A stretch of DNA of 63,661 bases, counting the filler, from Octopus bimaculoides (Eukaryota), in NCBI RefSeq assembly GCF_001194135.2. It is 8 parts of 8 records of this genome, joined end to end, with 100 filler letters (N's around TTAATTAATTAA, not from the genome) between each part and the next. Parts side by side here need not be neighbours in the genome. Positions count along the whole stretch, not along the records: positions 57,861 to 60,178 come from NC_068985.1; positions 60,279 to 62,465 come from NC_068982.1; positions 62,566 to 63,661 come from NW_026407308.1; 5 more parts are not named here. One strand, written 5' to 3'. The notes beneath the pieces are model-generated. The model had not been told where the DNA came from. It did not search any database and saw only the letters and a list, made by a program, of their open reading frames with translations. Positions within the stretch are counted from its first letter, which is position 1. Each line of letters starts with the position of its first letter. Below are positions 60,101 to 63,661 of this stretch, piece after piece. The translations under genes were made by a program, and so were the position numbers.

Positions 60101-61615
60101 AGTAATTAATGTACGAAACTATATATACGAAACTATATATATGTAAACATACATAAACAAATACAGCTCAATCAAACANNNNNNNNNNNNNNNNNNNNNN
60201 NNNNNNNNNNNNNNNNNNNNNNTTAATTAATTAANNNNNNNNNNNNNNNNNNNNNNNNNNNNNNNNNNNNNNNNNNNNGAGGTTGTATAATACTACAATA
60301 ACTACGAAATCATGATCTATAATTCAGTCTGTTTTTAAGGGGTTGGCTTTGAGAGTTGCATTTCCTCGCATTCGGTAAAAATGTGTTTTTTATGGTAGTC
60401 TGACCTTAGAGTCCCTCATAGCGTGAGGCGTTATTGTATAGTAATGCCCTTATATAAATATAAATATATATTTCGGGAATAAATGAGGTTTTTTTCACGC
60501 TAGCTACTTGATAAATTCTTGTAAAAGAATTCGTCCTGTAATTGAATATATATATATATATAATACGTGTGTGTCTGTGCCTGTGTGTATGTATGTATAT
60601 ATACAGACATATATATACATAGATATATATGTATATCTACAGTTATATGTATGCTTACACATAGATAGACACACACACAGACACACATATATATACATAT
60701 ATACGTGTATATGTGAGTATGTATCTAATTTACCTATCTATCTAACTATATAGACAAACAAATAGATAGATAGATACATACATACATACATACATACATG
60801 CATACATACATACATACCTACATACATACACATATATATAAAAATGCATATTTTAACTAACATAAACTTTGTTTATATATATATATATATATATNNNNNN
60901 NNNNNNNNNNNNNNNNNNNNNNNNNNNNNNNNNNNNNNNNNNNNNNNNNNNNNNNNNNNNNNNNNNNNNNNNNNNNNNNNNNNNNNNNNNNNNNNNNNNN
61001 NNNNNNNNNNNNNNNNNNNNNNNNNNNNNNNNNNNNNNNNNNNNNNNNNNNNNNNNNNNNNNNNNNNNNNNNNNNNNNNNNNNNNNNNNNNNNNNNNNNN
61101 NNNNNNNNNNNNNNNNNNNNNNNNNNNNNNNNNNNNNNNNNNNNNNNNNNNNNNNNNNNNNNNNNNNNNNNNNNNNNNNNNNNNNNNNNNNNNNNNNNNN
61201 NNNNNNNNNNNNNNNNNNNNNNNNNNNNNNNNNNNNNNNNNNNNNNNNNNNNNNNNNNNNNNNNNNNNNNNNNNNNNNNNNNNNNNNNNNNNNNNNNNNN
61301 NNNNNNNNNNNNNNNNNNNNNNNNNNNNNNNNNNNNNNNNNNNNNNNNNNNNNNNNNNNNNNNNNNNNNNNNNNNNNNNNNNNNNNNNNNNNNNNNNNNN
61401 NNNNNNNNNNNNNNNNNNNNNNNNNNNNNNNNNNNNNNNNNNNNNNNNNNNNNNNNNNNNNNNNNNNNNNNNNNNNNNNNNNNNNNNNNNNNNNNNNNNN
61501 NNNNNNNNNNNNNNNNNNNNNNNNNNNNNNNNNNNNNNNNNNNNNNNNNNNNNNNNNNNNNNNNGCACGCACGCACGCACGCATGCACACATACATACAT
61601 ACATACATACATACA

Positions 61616-61647
<32 letters not shown>

Positions 61648-61881
61648 CTTGTGCATGTCAATATATGTGGGTACAGATATATAACTATCTGTACATAAGG
61701 ATATCTATATGTACACACACTCCAGACCCAACAAATCATACGACATGACGAGGATCTACCCCATGGACTTACCCTTCAACAAAATGATACGTATCCTACC
61801 ACAGGCTGACAGTGAGACAGAGGCAAAGATTTCCTTAGCTAGAAATAGACTCCAACGCAACTTAAAGAATAATAATAATTG

Positions 61882-62253
61882 CTTAAGTAACGAGAAGATG
61901 GATTTGGTACTAATCTTTATTTTGTACAACGGCCGTTTCGACTTATCCTGCTACTGCCCCTTATAGGTGGGACTCCTTTCAACATGTTGTGTTGCATCAA
62001 TTTTCCAGTCTGGGTCTCATCATGTTATATGCTAGTCTGTCATATAACAGACGGGCATATAACAACATGACAGCCACAACTCGGTATCTTTAGTGAGAAA
62101 GAAACCTTTATGTATAGATGTACCTGATGACACCCAGATTGCTAAATTGATGCAACACAATGTGTTGGAAGGAGTAAGGGACAGTAGCAGGATGGGGCGA
62201 AATGACCGTTGTACAAAATAAAGATGAATACCAAATCTATCTCGTTACTTAAG
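61882..62253. mobile_element. Fold-back/MITE-like element with ~140-bp inverted arms
   Basis: 61882-62026 (cttaagtaacgag...atctttattttgtacaacgg...tcctgctactg...ttgtgttgcatcaattt...tctggg) is the imperfect reverse complement of 62120-62253. Confidence 0.75.
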
Positions 62254-62257
62254 AAAA

Positions 62258-62312
<55 letters not shown>

Positions 62313-62933
62313 GAGTGAGAGAACAGTGCATGCTATCAAAGTGACACTGGGGTAAAATATACGAAGCTCAGTATACCCATCATGACTACCCGTCTGATAA
62401 GGGTACACCAGGCAAATGCATCACAACCATATGTGCGCGACATGGTGATCTCATATCAAGATAAANNNNNNNNNNNNNNNNNNNNNNNNNNNNNNNNNNN
62501 NNNNNNNNNTTAATTAATTAANNNNNNNNNNNNNNNNNNNNNNNNNNNNNNNNNNNNNNNNNNNNACATATATATATACACACACATATATATATATATA
62601 CACTATCTTTTTGTTTCCTGTTCAGCCCATAGCTACCCATCTGCCATGCTGTCCAGGACTACCAACAGTGAAACAAAAGAGATGCTGTCATATGTATCCT
62701 TTTATTGTTTGTCTGTCTGTCTGTCTATGAATTAGTCGAACTTTGGAAGCGTCGAATGGTTTTGGTATTTTACAGAGAAGAAACTAAATTTCAAACGCAA
62801 TATAGCTGTGAAAAAACAGCAAAGAAGGACTGGCAATGTTTTTCCGTTTTTTTTAAGGCTAAATGCCTAATCTTTCTCTGCTGTTTGACAGCTATACTAC
62901 GTTCAGATTTGACTTTTTTGTCTGTAAAATATG

Positions 62934-62966
<33 letters not shown>

Positions 62967-63318
62967 CAATAAGAAAATGGAGGAGAATATGCAGTATCCA
63001 TCGACTTGCAGACAGTGTATTCCATTGAATTAATTTGTTTATTTTGTAACTAGAATGACAAAAGCCACATATAAAGTACATTTAGCAATTGGAGAATATA
63101 CAGAAACTTACAGCTGTTTCGGCCTAGCGTTGGCATGCCCCATTCTATCCCTATAGCTCCTGCGTGCCGGAATAATTGGCAGATGAAAATTATGTAATGG
63201 GGGTACATGCATGATTCGCTAGGCCTCTTCAGAGATTCACAAGGATTCAATACAGCAGTATATTGGATAGATACTATCCCTTAGTGGGTTGGATCCTCAA
63301 CCCCTAACTCTCTTGCAT

Positions 63319-63354
<36 letters not shown>

Positions 63355-63661
63355 GAATAGAGACAGCTGATGAAGGGATATTCCAAGGAGCTTTCCGTTT
63401 TCCTATGTGTTCGTTCCGTTGTCTGTAGTTTATTGTTCTAACGTCCTGTACCCTGATATGCATGTATATACACATGTAGATGTAAAGTATGTACATATAT
63501 GTGTGTATACATGTATATATCTTCTTTGTATTATTACATTATTGAACGCACACGTCCTATTTTACAAGTAAGTCTACTATTATTCTGACGTGACTATCTT
63601 TCTATCTATCTGTCTATCTATCTATCTATCTGTCTATCTATCTATCTATCTTTCTATCTAT

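Noticed and set aside
60280-60480. GTLRS-containing minus frame suggesting piggyBac
   Set aside because: A single short motif among stops is insufficient evidence.

Overview
Repeat-rich, AT-rich animal genomic DNA. The SINE, Penelope-like and mariner content looks like an octopus (cephalopod) genome, which is an inference from repeat families. The only confidently identified host gene is MUS81 on the + strand. Nine phase-consistent coding exons (10410-31098, 407 codons + 2 nt) encode the N-terminal HhH, winged-helix and start of the ERCC4 nuclease domain. The remaining exons were not found; 333 bp after the last exon the assembly becomes short pieces joined by 100-bp N/TTAATTAATTAA/N spacers. 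The rest is SINEs, mariner/Tc1 and hAT relics, a Tx1-type LINE, R4-like LINE relics, Penelope-like elements and microsatellites. The most notable feature is in MUS81 intron 8 (29692-30863): a non-coding element built from a 346-nt tandem monomer with a canonical type I hammerhead ribozyme. It forms two divergent inverted arms flanked by an 11-12-bp direct repeat, next to the exon 9 splice acceptor, and is a candidate non-LTR retrozyme. Two more minimal hammerhead-like motifs lie in Penelope-type terminal repeats (9861-9887, 45954-45988). No tRNA/rRNA genes or CRISPR arrays are supported.
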